In this document: piece by piece, positions 19,062 through 29,358 of the stretch
Numbering within the stretch: position 1 is the first letter of the stretch
How the letters are laid out: each line of letters opens with the position of its first letter
Source of the DNA: an uncultured Candidatus Bathyarchaeia archaeon
GTDB lineage: Archaea; Thermoproteota; Bathyarchaeia; RBG-16-48-13; GCA-020345945
Direction of reading: 5' to 3'
Assembly (NCBI GenBank): GCA_964596985.1
Contig: CAZQWG010000001.1
Span: 396,977-460,976, forward strand
Length of the DNA: 64,000 nt
Made by a program: the position numbers and the translations under genes
The notes under the pieces: generated by a model
What the model saw: only the letters and a program-made list of their open reading frames with translations
The model's database searches: none
What the model was told of the DNA's origin: nothing

Positions 19062-19259
19062 AGGCATATTACTAGTGGTTTGTGGAACGCCTACGTTTGA
19101 TACCTCGAATCAGATAGATCAAACCAAAGGAGGCTACGACAACCACACCGACCACCACGATGAATCCCGCCCCGAGCTACCTGTCTCCATAAATTTGTAT
19201 CAGCCTCGACATATCGATCAATAGGGGCTTCGTCTTGCCGTGGCTGTCAGAAAACGGTC

Positions 19260-19907
19260 TCAGGACAGCGTGAAGGCTGAAGGACATAGCTCGTTCAGAA
19301 CGCAGCCACCGCAGTCTGGTGTCCTGGCTATGCAGACGTTTCTTCCATGAGCTATCAGCAGATTCGAGAACTCGAACCAATATTCTCGGGGTACGATCTT
19401 CATCAGATCCTCTTCTACCTTCTCTCTGATCTTGTTCTTGCTGAGTCCGAGTCTTCTCGACAGCCTGAGGACATGGGTGTCCACGGCGATACCTTCGACC
19501 ACCCCAAACGCGTTCGACAGCACAATGTTGGCTGTCTTCCTGGCGACGCCTTCAAGACTCGTCAACTCTTTCATCGTACGAGGTACCTCGGAGTTGAACC
19601 GTTCCACAAGAGTCTTGGAGGCTCGCCTTATGAAGCGGGCTTTTCTTCGGTAGAATCCGGTCGGTTTGACGACCTCCTCCAGATCCTCAAGCTCAGCGTA
19701 CACGTAGTCCTCGGGCTTACGGTGGGTCTTAAAGAGGACCTCGGTCACTTCGTTTACTTTCTCGTCTGTGCATTGAGCCGACAGTATGGTTGCCACCAAA
19801 AGGTCGAGTGGGGTCTCGTAGTTGAGGTGGGTTCCCCTCACGTCAGGGTAGGCTTGCCTGAGAAGCACGATTATCTCTGCTACCTTCTCCTCGGCTTCCA
19901 TCCTCAA
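19260..19907 (-). CDS. nth: endonuclease III (HhH-GPD DNA glycosylase/lyase with 4Fe-4S cluster)
   Basis: LVATILSAQCTD, LEGVARKTANIV, VDTHV and a C-terminal Cx6CxxCx5C. Confidence 0.85.
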   Translation of the reverse strand: MRMEAEEKVAEIIVLLRQAYPDVRGTHLNYETPLDLLVATILSAQCTDEKVNEVTEVLFKTHRKPEDYVYAELEDLEEVVKPTGFYRRKARFIRRASKTLVERFNSEVPRTMKELTSLEGVARKTANIVLSNAFGVVEGIAVDTHVLRLSRRLGLSKNKIREKVEEDLMKIVPREYWFEFSNLLIAHGRNVCIARTPDCGGCVLNELCPSAFTLS

Positions 19908-19938
19908 CGCACCGGCAAGCTAAACGAAGACGTGTTGG

Positions 19939-20385
19939 CTAGTCTCCGCATCTAAAGAGAAGCCAGTTGTTCTTCTCCTTCTTGAACTTGATCAAACAGT
20001 ACCTTCCGTTGAGCCTATTTCCTCTGATGTGGACGATTATCTCCTCATCCCCCCATTTCTCGGGTCGGTAGGTACCGTTGTCCCATATCTCGACCGTCCC
20101 CGCGCCGTATTCCCCTTCAGGAATCATGCCTTCAAAACCAGCGTATTCGACCGGGTGGTCTTCCACTTGCACCGCCAGTCTCTTGACACCCTTCTCTAGT
20201 GGAGGCTCTTTCGGGACCGCCCAACTCTTGAGGACCCCGTCCTTCTCAAGTCTGAGATCGTAGTGGAGGTGCCTTGCATCATGCTTCTGGATAACGTATT
20301 TCCCGCCGTGGCTGGAGGAGATTCCTCCTTCGGGTTCCCCGGTCTTCGCAAAGTCCCTCTTCTTCCGATACTCCGTCAGACCCAT
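19939..20385 (-). CDS. stand-alone LigD-type 3'-phosphoesterase domain protein
   Basis: [44 protein letters not shown] and VEDHPVEY. The start is taken at the internal M (MGLTEY), which removes the overlap with argF. Confidence 0.8.
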   Translation of the reverse strand: MGLTEYRKKRDFAKTGEPEGGISSSHGGKYVIQKHDARHLHYDLRLEKDGVLKSWAVPKEPPLEKGVKRLAVQVEDHPVEYAGFEGMIPEGEYGAGTVEIWDNGTYRPEKWGDEEIIVHIRGNRLNGRYCLIKFKKEKNNWLLFRCGD

Positions 20386-20452
20386 GTTACGTAATGGTTC
20401 CTCCAAGGTAATATGAATTGTACGCGAACGGAAAACGGGATCTTCGAGGAGA

Positions 20453-21382
20453 CTATCCGAGAATTTCAGCAAGGAGGGCTTTCTGGGTGTGGAGTCGGTT
20501 CTCGGCTTGATCCCACACTATGGACCTTGGACCATCGAGTACTTCGGATGTCACCTCCTGTCCCCTATGAGCCGGCAGACAGTGCATGAACAAGACGTCT
20601 TTCTTCGCCAACTCGAGAATCTGCCTATTGACCTGGTATTCCGGCAGGAAAGCCTTCTCCCTTACCTCTCGCTCCTCCTCCATGCCGGCTGAAACGAAGG
20701 TATCCGTATAGACGGCGTCCGCGTCCCTTACTGCGACTCGGGGCTCCCTGGTCAGCTCGATCCTAGAGCCTTGCTCCTCTGCGCTGTCTCTGCCTCTCCT
20801 GAGAACATCCTCCCCGGGTTCATACCCTTTAGGGCAAGAGACGACCATATCTATTCCGAGTTTTCCGCAGCCTAGGATGAGCGAGGAGCAGACGTTGTTG
20901 CCGTCACCCACCCAAGCAAGCTTCAGCCCGCGGACCCTATCTTTCTTCTCCCATATGGAGAAGATATCTGAGAGGGCTTGGCACGGGTGAAACCTGTCTG
21001 ACAAACCGTTTAGAATAGGGATCCCCGCTGAACTCGCCAGCCTCTGAAGATATTCGTGTCTTGTAACGCGGGCGACAACGGCGTCAACGTACATATCGAG
21101 GACCCTGGCAGTGTCTTCCAAGGTCTCTCCCCTGGAGAGTTGTAGGTCCCCCCAATTCAGGGTTATGACATCCCCGCCCAGACGCCTCATAGCTACCTCA
21201 AAGGAGACCCGTGTTCTAGTCGAGGGGATCTCGAATATCATAGCGAGCGTCTTTCCGTCGAGTAGCCCACGTAGGCTCTGAACATCTCTCCCCTTCAGCT
21301 TCTTGCACTTCCGGAGGAGAGACCAGAGTTCCTCGGTGGAGAAGTCTTGCAGACTAAGGAAATCCCGTCCTCGAAGCAACAT
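20453..21382 (-). CDS. argF: ornithine carbamoyltransferase
   Basis: STRTR, HPCQ, DGNNV and HCLPA motifs. Confidence 0.85.
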   Translation of the reverse strand: MLLRGRDFLSLQDFSTEELWSLLRKCKKLKGRDVQSLRGLLDGKTLAMIFEIPSTRTRVSFEVAMRRLGGDVITLNWGDLQLSRGETLEDTARVLDMYVDAVVARVTRHEYLQRLASSAGIPILNGLSDRFHPCQALSDIFSIWEKKDRVRGLKLAWVGDGNNVCSSLILGCGKLGIDMVVSCPKGYEPGEDVLRRGRDSAEEQGSRIELTREPRVAVRDADAVYTDTFVSAGMEEEREVREKAFLPEYQVNRQILELAKKDVLFMHCLPAHRGQEVTSEVLDGPRSIVWDQAENRLHTQKALLAEILG

Positions 21383-21530
21383 CAGACCTCAAAGTTATTT
21401 CGTTCATTCCGAAGGACTAGTAAAAATACGATAGGACAACTGATAGAATCCCATTCCTCGTAGGTATCATTCAAGGTATGCTAGGACAAAGCGGTGAGGA
21501 ACCGTAGAGACGAAGGGTACGTGCCGGATA

Positions 21531-22787
21531 TTAATCCAAGACAGGATAGGTTTCTCCTCCATCGGTTAGGACGTTTATCTTCGAGTCGGAGCCATATCTA
21601 CGTGTAAGCGTATCGACAGCTTCCTGAACGCTATCGTACTTCTGAAATCCCATCTTCTCAGCCTGCTTGTCGGATATGCCTTGCGAGAATATGCAAACCG
21701 GATGCTTCTCCCGCACGTGCGCAACGTTCAAAGCCAGACCCAAGGCTACATAATCTTCGATCTTTCCGGTCCGGTACATCTCTGTCAGCTCCTCTGTACC
21801 GTACTGTAGGTACTCAATCCATTTCGGATGCATCACCGATACCCCCTCCGGGCAGGGTGTGGCCTCCACTATGCCACCGTCGACCCTTGTTGCAAGGTCG
21901 GCGGAGAACAGCCCCTTCAAGCCCTGCCAGTACTCGATGTCCGCCGGGTGGCTGCTGGAGACCGTGATATCCGCCAAGCCCTTCGCCGGTACACTGTAGA
22001 CCTGCTTTGCATGTTCAATCCCACGGCGATGAGCCTTGACGAAGTGACCCGTGTACACCCCAATTATCTCGCTACGGCGTGTTACCACGGAGTTTATCAG
22101 CAGGTGGATCTTCACCCTCTCAGCGAAGGCGTCTATCAGCCTTCGCGTCGGATTCTCTTCCATCCCAAGCCCGTTAGGGGTTGTCATAGCCGAGTGGACA
22201 TGCATCCTTCCTACGGTCTCCTCTCCAGCCAGCCCAGGGAGAAGGATCTTCGCTCCGGCCCCCCAACCGGCGTTGAAATGGGGGATTATGTTTCCTGTGA
22301 CTATTCGAATATCGGCTTCGACAAACCCCTTGTTGATCCAGACTGGGACGCCTTCGGTCATATCCCCGATGTATTTGAGTTGCGATTCGTCGTCGAAGGC
22401 ATGGTTGACGAACTCGTACTCCTCGACGACCCCAGACCCATACTTCTCTTTCATCTCGGACTCGGTCATTCGTCGGTGGGTGCCAAGCGCCACGAAAACC
22501 TTGATTCTATCCTTGCTCGCACCCGCCTTCTTCAGGCTCTCCAAGACAGGGGGGAGAAGCAGGTTCGTGGGGGTCGTACGGGTTATATCGTCCACCGCTA
22601 TAGCCACGGTCTTGCCTTTCGGCGCCAACTCCTCGACAGTCGGTCCGTCCAACGGTGCTTTCAGAGCCTTTTCAACCTCTAGGGTAGGATTCTTTGCGGG
22701 CGTTATTTCTGAGGGGGTTATGACCCCCAGTAGGCGATCAGGGTCGATGTCGAATTCGATTTCGCTCTTGCCGTAAGGAAGCTTCAT
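21531..22787 (-). CDS. larA: LarA-like nickel-dependent lactate racemase family protein
   Basis: The N-terminus MKLPYGKSEIEFDI..., DITRTTP, GTHR and the overall length are typical of LarA/DUF2088. The start is taken at M13 of the listed ORF. Confidence 0.7.
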   Translation of the reverse strand: MKLPYGKSEIEFDIDPDRLLGVITPSEITPAKNPTLEVEKALKAPLDGPTVEELAPKGKTVAIAVDDITRTTPTNLLLPPVLESLKKAGASKDRIKVFVALGTHRRMTESEMKEKYGSGVVEEYEFVNHAFDDESQLKYIGDMTEGVPVWINKGFVEADIRIVTGNIIPHFNAGWGAGAKILLPGLAGEETVGRMHVHSAMTTPNGLGMEENPTRRLIDAFAERVKIHLLINSVVTRRSEIIGVYTGHFVKAHRRGIEHAKQVYSVPAKGLADITVSSSHPADIEYWQGLKGLFSADLATRVDGGIVEATPCPEGVSVMHPKWIEYLQYGTEELTEMYRTGKIEDYVALGLALNVAHVREKHPVCIFSQGISDKQAEKMGFQKYDSVQEAVDTLTRRYGSDSKINVLTDGGETYPVLD

Positions 22788-22911
22788 GAACAACCATTTC
22801 CTCTGCACTCTAATCTGTGACAAGGTTCCTAATAGCTACTTAGATGCTACGCGATAGCTCAAAGAGGGATTCTTGGAAGACGTTCTCAGCCGGTGCGCCA
22901 TTACAAGAACT

Positions 22912-24081
22912 CTAGGAGAGTTTTATCGGGTATTTCCCGAATTCATGACCGGTCCTCGTCATGGCGAGGCAGTTTTCTAGTCTGCAGTGAGTGTACCAAC
23001 TGTTGCTACTGGACAGTATGAATCCTCCGCCGGGTGCAACTTTTCTAATGCACTCCTTGGTTTCCTCGACGACTTCTCGTGCGGTCTTGAGTGCGAGGCT
23101 GTCGACGGCGATATTACCCATCAAGAAGATCTTGTCACCCCATTCTTCCTTGACTTTCCCGATGTCCAGTCCAGCACTGGGATCCAAGGAATGAAGTCCG
23201 TCTACCCGCGATACGTTTACTAAGCCAGGTATCAACGTTCTTACGTCGCCATCGGTATGTTTCACGTATTTGATGCCTGCCTTGTGCGCCGCTTCCACTT
23301 CTCGACGCATTTCTTTGGCGAAAAACTCGTCATACAGTGCGGGTCTTAGGTGTGGCCCATCCCTGTGCGCAATGTCCCCTCCGCTTATGACTAGATCGCA
23401 CCCTAGTTCACCGTATTGTTTGACGGCTTCACAGTTATAGTCGGTATACGCCTTCACCGCTTTCCGCATGAATTCTGGTTGTTCGAGTTGCAGTCGATAG
23501 TAGGTCGCGATTGGGAAGGCTTCAAAAAGTGTGGCGAAGGGCGCACGAACTCGTCCTGCCGAAGCCATTTCATGTTCTTGGGCTAGTCTAACTGCGATCT
23601 TCACCGCCTCGTCCCGACCCTCAGCCCAAGGGTCCGGAAAGGTTTCAGACCATTCTTCCCACTGTTCCACAGAGGTAATCGTCCCGTACTGCTGAACCCA
23701 GACGCGGCACTTGGGATCGTATACGGTTCCCCTTCCCCACTCGTCCACGAAGGTTCCAACAGTCGAGAATAGCCCGGTTTCCTTCCTCATTTTTTTCGCT
23801 TCCCTCTCAGAGAGGACGTGGGCCGACCAGCCTGCTGGCGCGGTCAGCCGCGTCACCGCTATCGAAAATCCGATTCTGTCCAGGCATCTCAACTGTACTT
23901 CTGCGTTGTGTTTGAGGAGTCCCATTCTCTCTGAGGCTGGTCTATCCTGAGGAGACCAGAACCGTTCAGGGAACATGAGGACCTCTACGTGTGGGGGATC
24001 GATTCTCAGCTCAAATATCGGAACCTTTTCTGGCTCCCTGTGCTCCATCGTATTCAGGACGTCGTTTCTTCTGTTACCCAT
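22912..24081 (-). CDS. uroporphyrinogen-decarboxylase-fold methyltransferase (MtaA/MtbA/CmuA-like, corrinoid-dependent)
   Basis: URO-D family length with a C-terminal GGGFILSSSN-type motif. It lies immediately downstream of a corrinoid protein. The start is taken at internal M30, giving an 8-nt overlap. Confidence 0.7.
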   Translation of the reverse strand: MGNRRNDVLNTMEHREPEKVPIFELRIDPPHVEVLMFPERFWSPQDRPASERMGLLKHNAEVQLRCLDRIGFSIAVTRLTAPAGWSAHVLSEREAKKMRKETGLFSTVGTFVDEWGRGTVYDPKCRVWVQQYGTITSVEQWEEWSETFPDPWAEGRDEAVKIAVRLAQEHEMASAGRVRAPFATLFEAFPIATYYRLQLEQPEFMRKAVKAYTDYNCEAVKQYGELGCDLVISGGDIAHRDGPHLRPALYDEFFAKEMRREVEAAHKAGIKYVKHTDGDVRTLIPGLVNVSRVDGLHSLDPSAGLDIGKVKEEWGDKIFLMGNIAVDSLALKTAREVVEETKECIRKVAPGGGFILSSSNSWYTHCRLENCLAMTRTGHEFGKYPIKLS

Positions 24082-24730
24082 CCGACTTTCCACCGACCCA
24101 TCCCATGACCAGCTGCACGGCGTCGACAGCGGTTTCACCAAACGCGTCGGCACCGATCTGCCTGGCAAAGACCTCGTTCACCGCTCTGCCGCCGATCATG
24201 ACCTTCACTTCGTCCCTTAATCCCTCGCTTCTGAGTGTGTCTATCACCTTCTGCATCTCGTCGACAACAATCGTGAGAAGCCCTGACATAGCTAGAACGT
24301 CAGGTTTCTCTCTCCTGACGGCCTCCACAAAGCTGGTGCATGGGACATCAACCCCGAGATCTATCACATCCAGACCCTGCGACATCAGCATCGTAATCAC
24401 GATGTCTTTTCCGATGTAATGTAGGTCTCCCTGAACGGTGCCGATGACTACCTTCCCTTTGGAAAGGGATTTAGTCTTCTTCAATTCCGGTTTGATCATG
24501 TCCATGATCTCGGCAGCCGTGTTGCCAGCTAAGGTGAGTTCCATGAGGAAGTACTCCTTTGAATCGTATAGTTCTCCGACCTTGTCAAGCGCCACTTTGA
24601 CGACGTCGACTATTTCAAGAGGCCCTGCCCCAGCGTCCAAAGCCTTTCTCGCTAATCCCTTGGCTTCTTCTAGCCTAACGCATTCGATTACGGCTGACCT
24701 CAGTTCCTCTAGGATATCGTCCTTTTCCAT
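24074..24730 (-). CDS. corrinoid (B12-binding) protein of a methyltransferase system
   Basis: N-terminal helical cap followed by a Rossmann domain with the DxHxxG motif (GDLHYIGK) and the SGLLT motif. Confidence 0.85.
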   Translation of the reverse strand: MEKDDILEELRSAVIECVRLEEAKGLARKALDAGAGPLEIVDVVKVALDKVGELYDSKEYFLMELTLAGNTAAEIMDMIKPELKKTKSLSKGKVVIGTVQGDLHYIGKDIVITMLMSQGLDVIDLGVDVPCTSFVEAVRREKPDVLAMSGLLTIVVDEMQKVIDTLRSEGLRDEVKVMIGGRAVNEVFARQIGADAFGETAVDAVQLVMGWVGGKSDG

Positions 24731-24813
24731 ACCTTATTCCCTTCGATAGAATGATGAAATGCCAACATATCGTATATTGGACTTCTGCTGGAGCATCTTT
24801 CGGTTCACGGACT

Positions 24814-25635
24814 CTATCTAATTCGGTATGATGGCTCTTGAAGGATGGTCTTCATTCCAGTCTTCAAGATCTTACCTTCTCGTTCGAGTTCCTCTATGAT
24901 CCTAGGACCCATCACAGGGAAGGCGTTCATCTTCTGCGCCAGCTCGCTCGGTGTCAGTTCGTCTTCGAGCAGACCAAGGGCTTTCTCAAGCATAGTACTG
25001 GTTGTTGTAATATATTCCCGGATTCTTTTATTTCCATTCCGGATTGGCATTCCGTGCCCAGGCAGAAGAAAGTCGACTTCAAGCTCCGAAAGTCGCCTCA
25101 ATGAGTCTACATAGGTCTCGAAGCTACCTCTGATTATGGGTGCTTGGATCTCCCTGTCGTATCGAGCGTGGTAGAAGGCTGGCATGACGACGTCACCAGT
25201 GAAGAGTAGACGTTGATCACGGTAGTAGATACAGGTGCTTCCTGGGGTGTGACCAGGCGTAGGAATCAATTCCAACTCAATGCCACCGATAACAAGTTCC
25301 CGTTCTTCTTGGAAGACCACGTCAGGTCTTGAGGGCGCTATCGGCGGTATAGGATTGGACACGTTTTCGGCATCACCTTCATTGACGACGATCTCGGTGC
25401 CTAACTCGGTTTGCAATCTGCTGAGTCCACCGATATGGTCTCGATCAGAGTGGGTAACCAGCACATATTTCAGCTCTTCTGGGTGAACAACGAGACTCAG
25501 GTACGAGAGGATCATTTCAACGGTTTCATCGGTCCATCCAGCGTCTACGAGTGCGGCCTCACCCTCTCCCTTGATTATACCTGTATTGGCACCATTCAAA
25601 CCACACAGGAAGTAGATGTCGTCAAAGATTCTCAT
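24814..25635 (-). CDS. MBL-fold metallo-hydrolase
   Basis: THSDRDHIGG (HxHxDH variant), GHTPGS and a downstream PGHG. Confidence 0.8.
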   Translation of the reverse strand: MRIFDDIYFLCGLNGANTGIIKGEGEAALVDAGWTDETVEMILSYLSLVVHPEELKYVLVTHSDRDHIGGLSRLQTELGTEIVVNEGDAENVSNPIPPIAPSRPDVVFQEERELVIGGIELELIPTPGHTPGSTCIYYRDQRLLFTGDVVMPAFYHARYDREIQAPIIRGSFETYVDSLRRLSELEVDFLLPGHGMPIRNGNKRIREYITTTSTMLEKALGLLEDELTPSELAQKMNAFPVMGPRIIEELEREGKILKTGMKTILQEPSYRIR

Positions 25636-25899
25636 TCGGTAGCCCCCTCCCTCGGTATTGGGGTTGCCTGGGAGATAGATGAGGAATATGCTTAATATTT
25701 GTGCAGCCAGCTTTCAGAGTGAAGGACCAGTTGGAGATATTGAGGGAGAAAGTCACCATCCTATTTCCTAGATCGCAGCCTTATCGGAGATAAGGAATGT
25801 GCAAGTACTGGATTGAACTTCAGATCTGGAAGGCGACAAAACTACTGGGTGCAAATGGTTACCGACCAGTCTGTCTTGGAGCGCACGGACAGTCACCTA

Positions 25900-26496
25900 T
25901 TAGCGTTTTTCAGCGAGCGGAGTCTTTCCTTTAAGGGATTCTAAGTATATGGCTATCGCAGTATCGTATCTGGCGGTATGGTCAAAGGCTTTCCACGCTA
26001 GATGAAGACGCTCTTCGTATGAGAGACCTTTTCTTCTGCTCAGCGAATCTGCGGTCCAACCATAGTCTGATGGCTCTGTTACGACGATGACGTTCGTATA
26101 GTTCTTGGCTGCGGCCCGGATCAGCGTAACGCCTCCGATATCAATACTCTCGATCGCCTCCGAGAGATCATGTTCTCTGGAAGTTGTCTCGACGAACGGG
26201 TAGAGATTCACGACAACCATGTCCACACGGGTCAAGCCGTGTCTCAGCATATCCTCAGAGTCAGCTTCACCGCGAGCAAGGACACCGCCTAGGAGCCTCG
26301 GATGCAACGTCTTGACGCGCCCACCAAGAATCTCAGGAAATCCGGTCAGCTCAGAAACGAGTTTAGTTTCCACCCCGCCTAGTCTGAGGGTTAAGGCGGT
26401 TCCCCCTGTCGAGTAGATCTGAAACAGGCTATCGATGCGTCTACAGAAGTCAACTAGTCCAGTCTTATCGCTACAACTCACGATCGCAGTCTTCAA
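25900..26496 (-). CDS. purH: stand-alone IMP cyclohydrolase domain (PurH N-terminal MGS-like domain)
   Basis: SCSDKTGLV, STGGTA, GGRVKTLHP, VVVNLYPF and DIGGVTLIRAAAKN. TTG start. There is no AICAR transformylase domain. Confidence 0.8.
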   Translation of the reverse strand: MKTAIVSCSDKTGLVDFCRRIDSLFQIYSTGGTALTLRLGGVETKLVSELTGFPEILGGRVKTLHPRLLGGVLARGEADSEDMLRHGLTRVDMVVVNLYPFVETTSREHDLSEAIESIDIGGVTLIRAAAKNYTNVIVVTEPSDYGWTADSLSRRKGLSYEERLHLAWKAFDHTARYDTAIAIYLESLKGKTPLAEKR

Positions 26497-26718
26497 CCGT
26501 GAAACCCTCCAACTACAAAACTAGGCGAGTACCCCATTCAAAATCCTATTGGTAGCCAGAGACAATGAAGATGCCTAGATAGGTATAACCTGGACATGAG
26601 AGAACACCCGTTCCAGTGATCGAAGTAGGTCTGGGACTGAGGGCTTGCTTTGCACTAACCTTTATTTTTCACTCGTTATTATCTATGGGGAACATATGGA
26701 TAGGGGGATACATATACG

Positions 26719-27132
26719 ATGATGAGTGTGGAAGAACTAGCCTTAGGCTCCATAGAAGAGATGAAGAAAATCTTTCCTGCTTTCTTCGTCGTCACTCTGT
26801 TATCTGTAATATTTGAGACTTACGTGCCCATGGGAATCACACGCGCAATACTTGGGAAGAACCAGTTGTTGTCGATCCCATTAGCGACGGCCATAGGCAT
26901 CATTCTCCCCATTCCGAGATATGCAACATATCCAATAGCTTTCTCCCTACTTCAACAAGGAGCTAGCATGGGAGCCATCTTTTCTCTGATCGCCGGGGAA
27001 GTCATCATAGGATCCCCGGATAGAGATGTGATGGAATTCAAGTACTTCGGGTGGAAGGCCTTCACATTGCGTCTAGTTCTCTGTATGGTATTTGTCATGT
27101 TGGGAGGATTCTTAGTGGAGGTCTTCTTTTGA
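26719..27132 (+). CDS. permease half-protein (COG0701-like two-part permease), first part
   Basis: 137-aa polytopic membrane ORF directly followed by a second similar half. Confidence 0.5.
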   Translation: MMSVEELALGSIEEMKKIFPAFFVVTLLSVIFETYVPMGITRAILGKNQLLSIPLATAIGIILPIPRYATYPIAFSLLQQGASMGAIFSLIAGEVIIGSPDRDVMEFKYFGWKAFTLRLVLCMVFVMLGGFLVEVFF

Positions 27133-27158
27133 CCATCGAGATAATCCATCTTGCAGTG

Positions 27159-27545
27159 ATGAGGTTCTTGAAGTACGTGCCCATTCTTATACTCGCCTGT
27201 ATGGCAGCTACATTTCTTAGCTCATACACCTCAGGGAAGAAGATTAACAAGCTCCTCAGGAAGAAGAGAAGAAACATACTTGTGGCTTCGTCGATTGGGT
27301 TAGTGAGCCCAGGACCCTTAGCCCCCTACATGCCCCTTCTGAAGGTGTTGAATAGGAAAGGGTTGCCACTCAGTGTAGTAGCTGCATTTATCACAAGTCA
27401 AACCCTAGTAGGGCCACTCCGTGCCTTCTTGGAAGTAGAGATGTTTGGGCTGGCCTTCTTCTTATTTAGGGTATTCATCTCGTTCGTTATTGCCATCAGC
27501 ATCGGAGTATGCTTCCAGCTGCTTGAGAAACATATAGCACAATAG
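27159..27545 (+). CDS. permease half-protein, second part
   Basis: Start taken at the internal M (MRFLKYVPIL). About 4 TM segments. Confidence 0.45.
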   Translation: MRFLKYVPILILACMAATFLSSYTSGKKINKLLRKKRRNILVASSIGLVSPGPLAPYMPLLKVLNRKGLPLSVVAAFITSQTLVGPLRAFLEVEMFGLAFFLFRVFISFVIAISIGVCFQLLEKHIAQ

Positions 27546-27669
27546 CGCCTGCAATTGTTTCTCCCAGATTCGAGATAACAATCTCGGTGCTTCGTGAACC
27601 CGCTGCCAAAGATTAAAGAGCACCTCAAAAAGGTGATTGGATAAACATTTGATAGGTGTCTGTTGAGAG

Positions 27670-28677
27670 TTGAGTGAACAGATAAGGATAGTTCAGTACG
27701 GACTCGGACCGATCAGCTGCGAGATTGCGAGACTTGTCCTACAAAAGAAGACCCTAAGATTGGTTGGTGGAGTTGACATCGATCCCGACAAGGCAGGGAA
27801 GGACATTGGAAGACTGCTGGGATTGGACCACGACATTGGCGTGGTAGTGGAGGAAGATACCTCCAAGGTCCTCTCAAGAACGGGCGCAGACGTTATCCTA
27901 CATTCCACATCTTCCTCACTCACACACGTCAAAGATCAGATCCTGTCCTGCATCGATGCCGGCACTCACGTAGTCTCAACCACAGAGGAGCTCTCATACC
28001 CTTTTTCGCGTTCATGTGAGCCTGCGAGGTTAATAGACAAAGAAGCCAAATCAAGAGGTGTATCAGTGTTGGGAACCGGGGTCAACCCTGGCTTCGTAAT
28101 GGACACTCTCCCCATCTTTCTGAGTACAGCATGCCAACAGGTTAAGTCTGTAGAGGTAACTCGCATTCTCGACGCTTCTACTCGAAGGCTACCTCTTCAA
28201 AGGAAGATCGGAGCAGGATTGACTGTGGAGGAGTTCAAGAGAGGCGTCCAAGAAGGAGGACTGGGACATGTCGGATTGCTGGAGTCTATTGCGATGTTAT
28301 CTGAAGGCCTAGGACTCGAAGTCGATCACTCAGAACAGATAGTGGAACCAGTGATTGCAGAGAAGGACCTCAAGACGCAATACTTGTCTGTCAAGAAGAA
28401 TGAAGTGGCAGGCATAAGGAACATCGGACAAGGATACAGAGGACAAGATCTCGTCGTCCTTCTTAGACTAGAGATGTACATAGGGGCGAACAATTCTAGA
28501 GACAGAGTCAGCATCAAGGGAAGTCCGAACATGGATTTCGTGGTGGAAGGGGGAACCCCAGGCGATCCTGCCACAGTAGCAATGATCGTCAACGCGATAC
28601 CCAAAGTGATCGAAGCTAGACCTGGACTTCTATCGATGATGGACCTACGCCTACCGTCGATCCTAGTCGACAAGTAG
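27670..28677 (+). CDS. NAD(P)-binding DapB-like oxidoreductase / amine dehydrogenase family protein
   Basis: N-terminal Rossmann segment IRIVQYGLGPIS..VGGVD and GTGVNPG are typical of the dihydrodipicolinate-reductase-like family. Confidence 0.55.
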   Translation: MSEQIRIVQYGLGPISCEIARLVLQKKTLRLVGGVDIDPDKAGKDIGRLLGLDHDIGVVVEEDTSKVLSRTGADVILHSTSSSLTHVKDQILSCIDAGTHVVSTTEELSYPFSRSCEPARLIDKEAKSRGVSVLGTGVNPGFVMDTLPIFLSTACQQVKSVEVTRILDASTRRLPLQRKIGAGLTVEEFKRGVQEGGLGHVGLLESIAMLSEGLGLEVDHSEQIVEPVIAEKDLKTQYLSVKKNEVAGIRNIGQGYRGQDLVVLLRLEMYIGANNSRDRVSIKGSPNMDFVVEGGTPGDPATVAMIVNAIPKVIEARPGLLSMMDLRLPSILVDK

Positions 28678-28826
28678 CAGCAACCAGCCCCTATTCTCTT
28701 TCTTCTATTGCCAAGCTCATTTGTTTCTTCTTCCCCCCGGTCAATCTTCGTGGGGATTGAGAAAAAGCCATAATAGGTTAGGAAAAACTACAATTACAGA
28801 GTTGAGATTAAAGAGAGTGAATTATT

Positions 28827-29357
28827 ATGGCAAGTGTACAAGAAGGGTTGTGGATCGAACGAGACTACTTGAAATGCACGGGTTGCAGAAGATGCGAGAT
28901 TGCTTGCAGCCTCTTCCACGAGGGCAAGATCTGGCCCGAAGCATCCAGAATAAGGGTTTTCATGCTTATCCCGGGAGTAGAGATTCCTCATTTCTGTTCC
29001 CAATGCCACGACTATCCATGCATTGAAAGCTGCCCATTCGACGCGCTTTCCATCGACGAGAAGACCTCTGCAGTAAAGGTTGACGAGGAGAAGTGCACAG
29101 CATGCGGCATATGCATAAACGCATGTCCAGGGAAGGTACCTCACCTGCACCCCCAAGAGGAGAAGATCCTGATCTGCGATCTCTGCGACGGAGAACCGCA
29201 ATGCGTCAAGGCATGCACTAAAGCTAACTATGACGCGCTGGGTCTCAGCAGGGAGGCGAAACCTTTCTCTCACAAGTTGTTCTCCAAGACGCCAGAAGAA
29301 CTCACAGAGATGGTAGCTGAGAACCTGTACGCCGAGAAGGCAAAGGAGTTGATATAA
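28827..29357 (+). CDS. four-cluster 4Fe-4S ferredoxin (DmsB/NrfC-like), AOR partner
   Basis: Four Cys clusters: CTGCRRCEIAC, CSQCHDYPC, CTACGICINAC and CDLCDGEPQCVKAC. It ends 1 nt before the AOR gene. Confidence 0.8.
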   Translation: MASVQEGLWIERDYLKCTGCRRCEIACSLFHEGKIWPEASRIRVFMLIPGVEIPHFCSQCHDYPCIESCPFDALSIDEKTSAVKVDEEKCTACGICINACPGKVPHLHPQEEKILICDLCDGEPQCVKACTKANYDALGLSREAKPFSHKLFSKTPEELTEMVAENLYAEKAKELI

Positions 29358-29358
29358 G

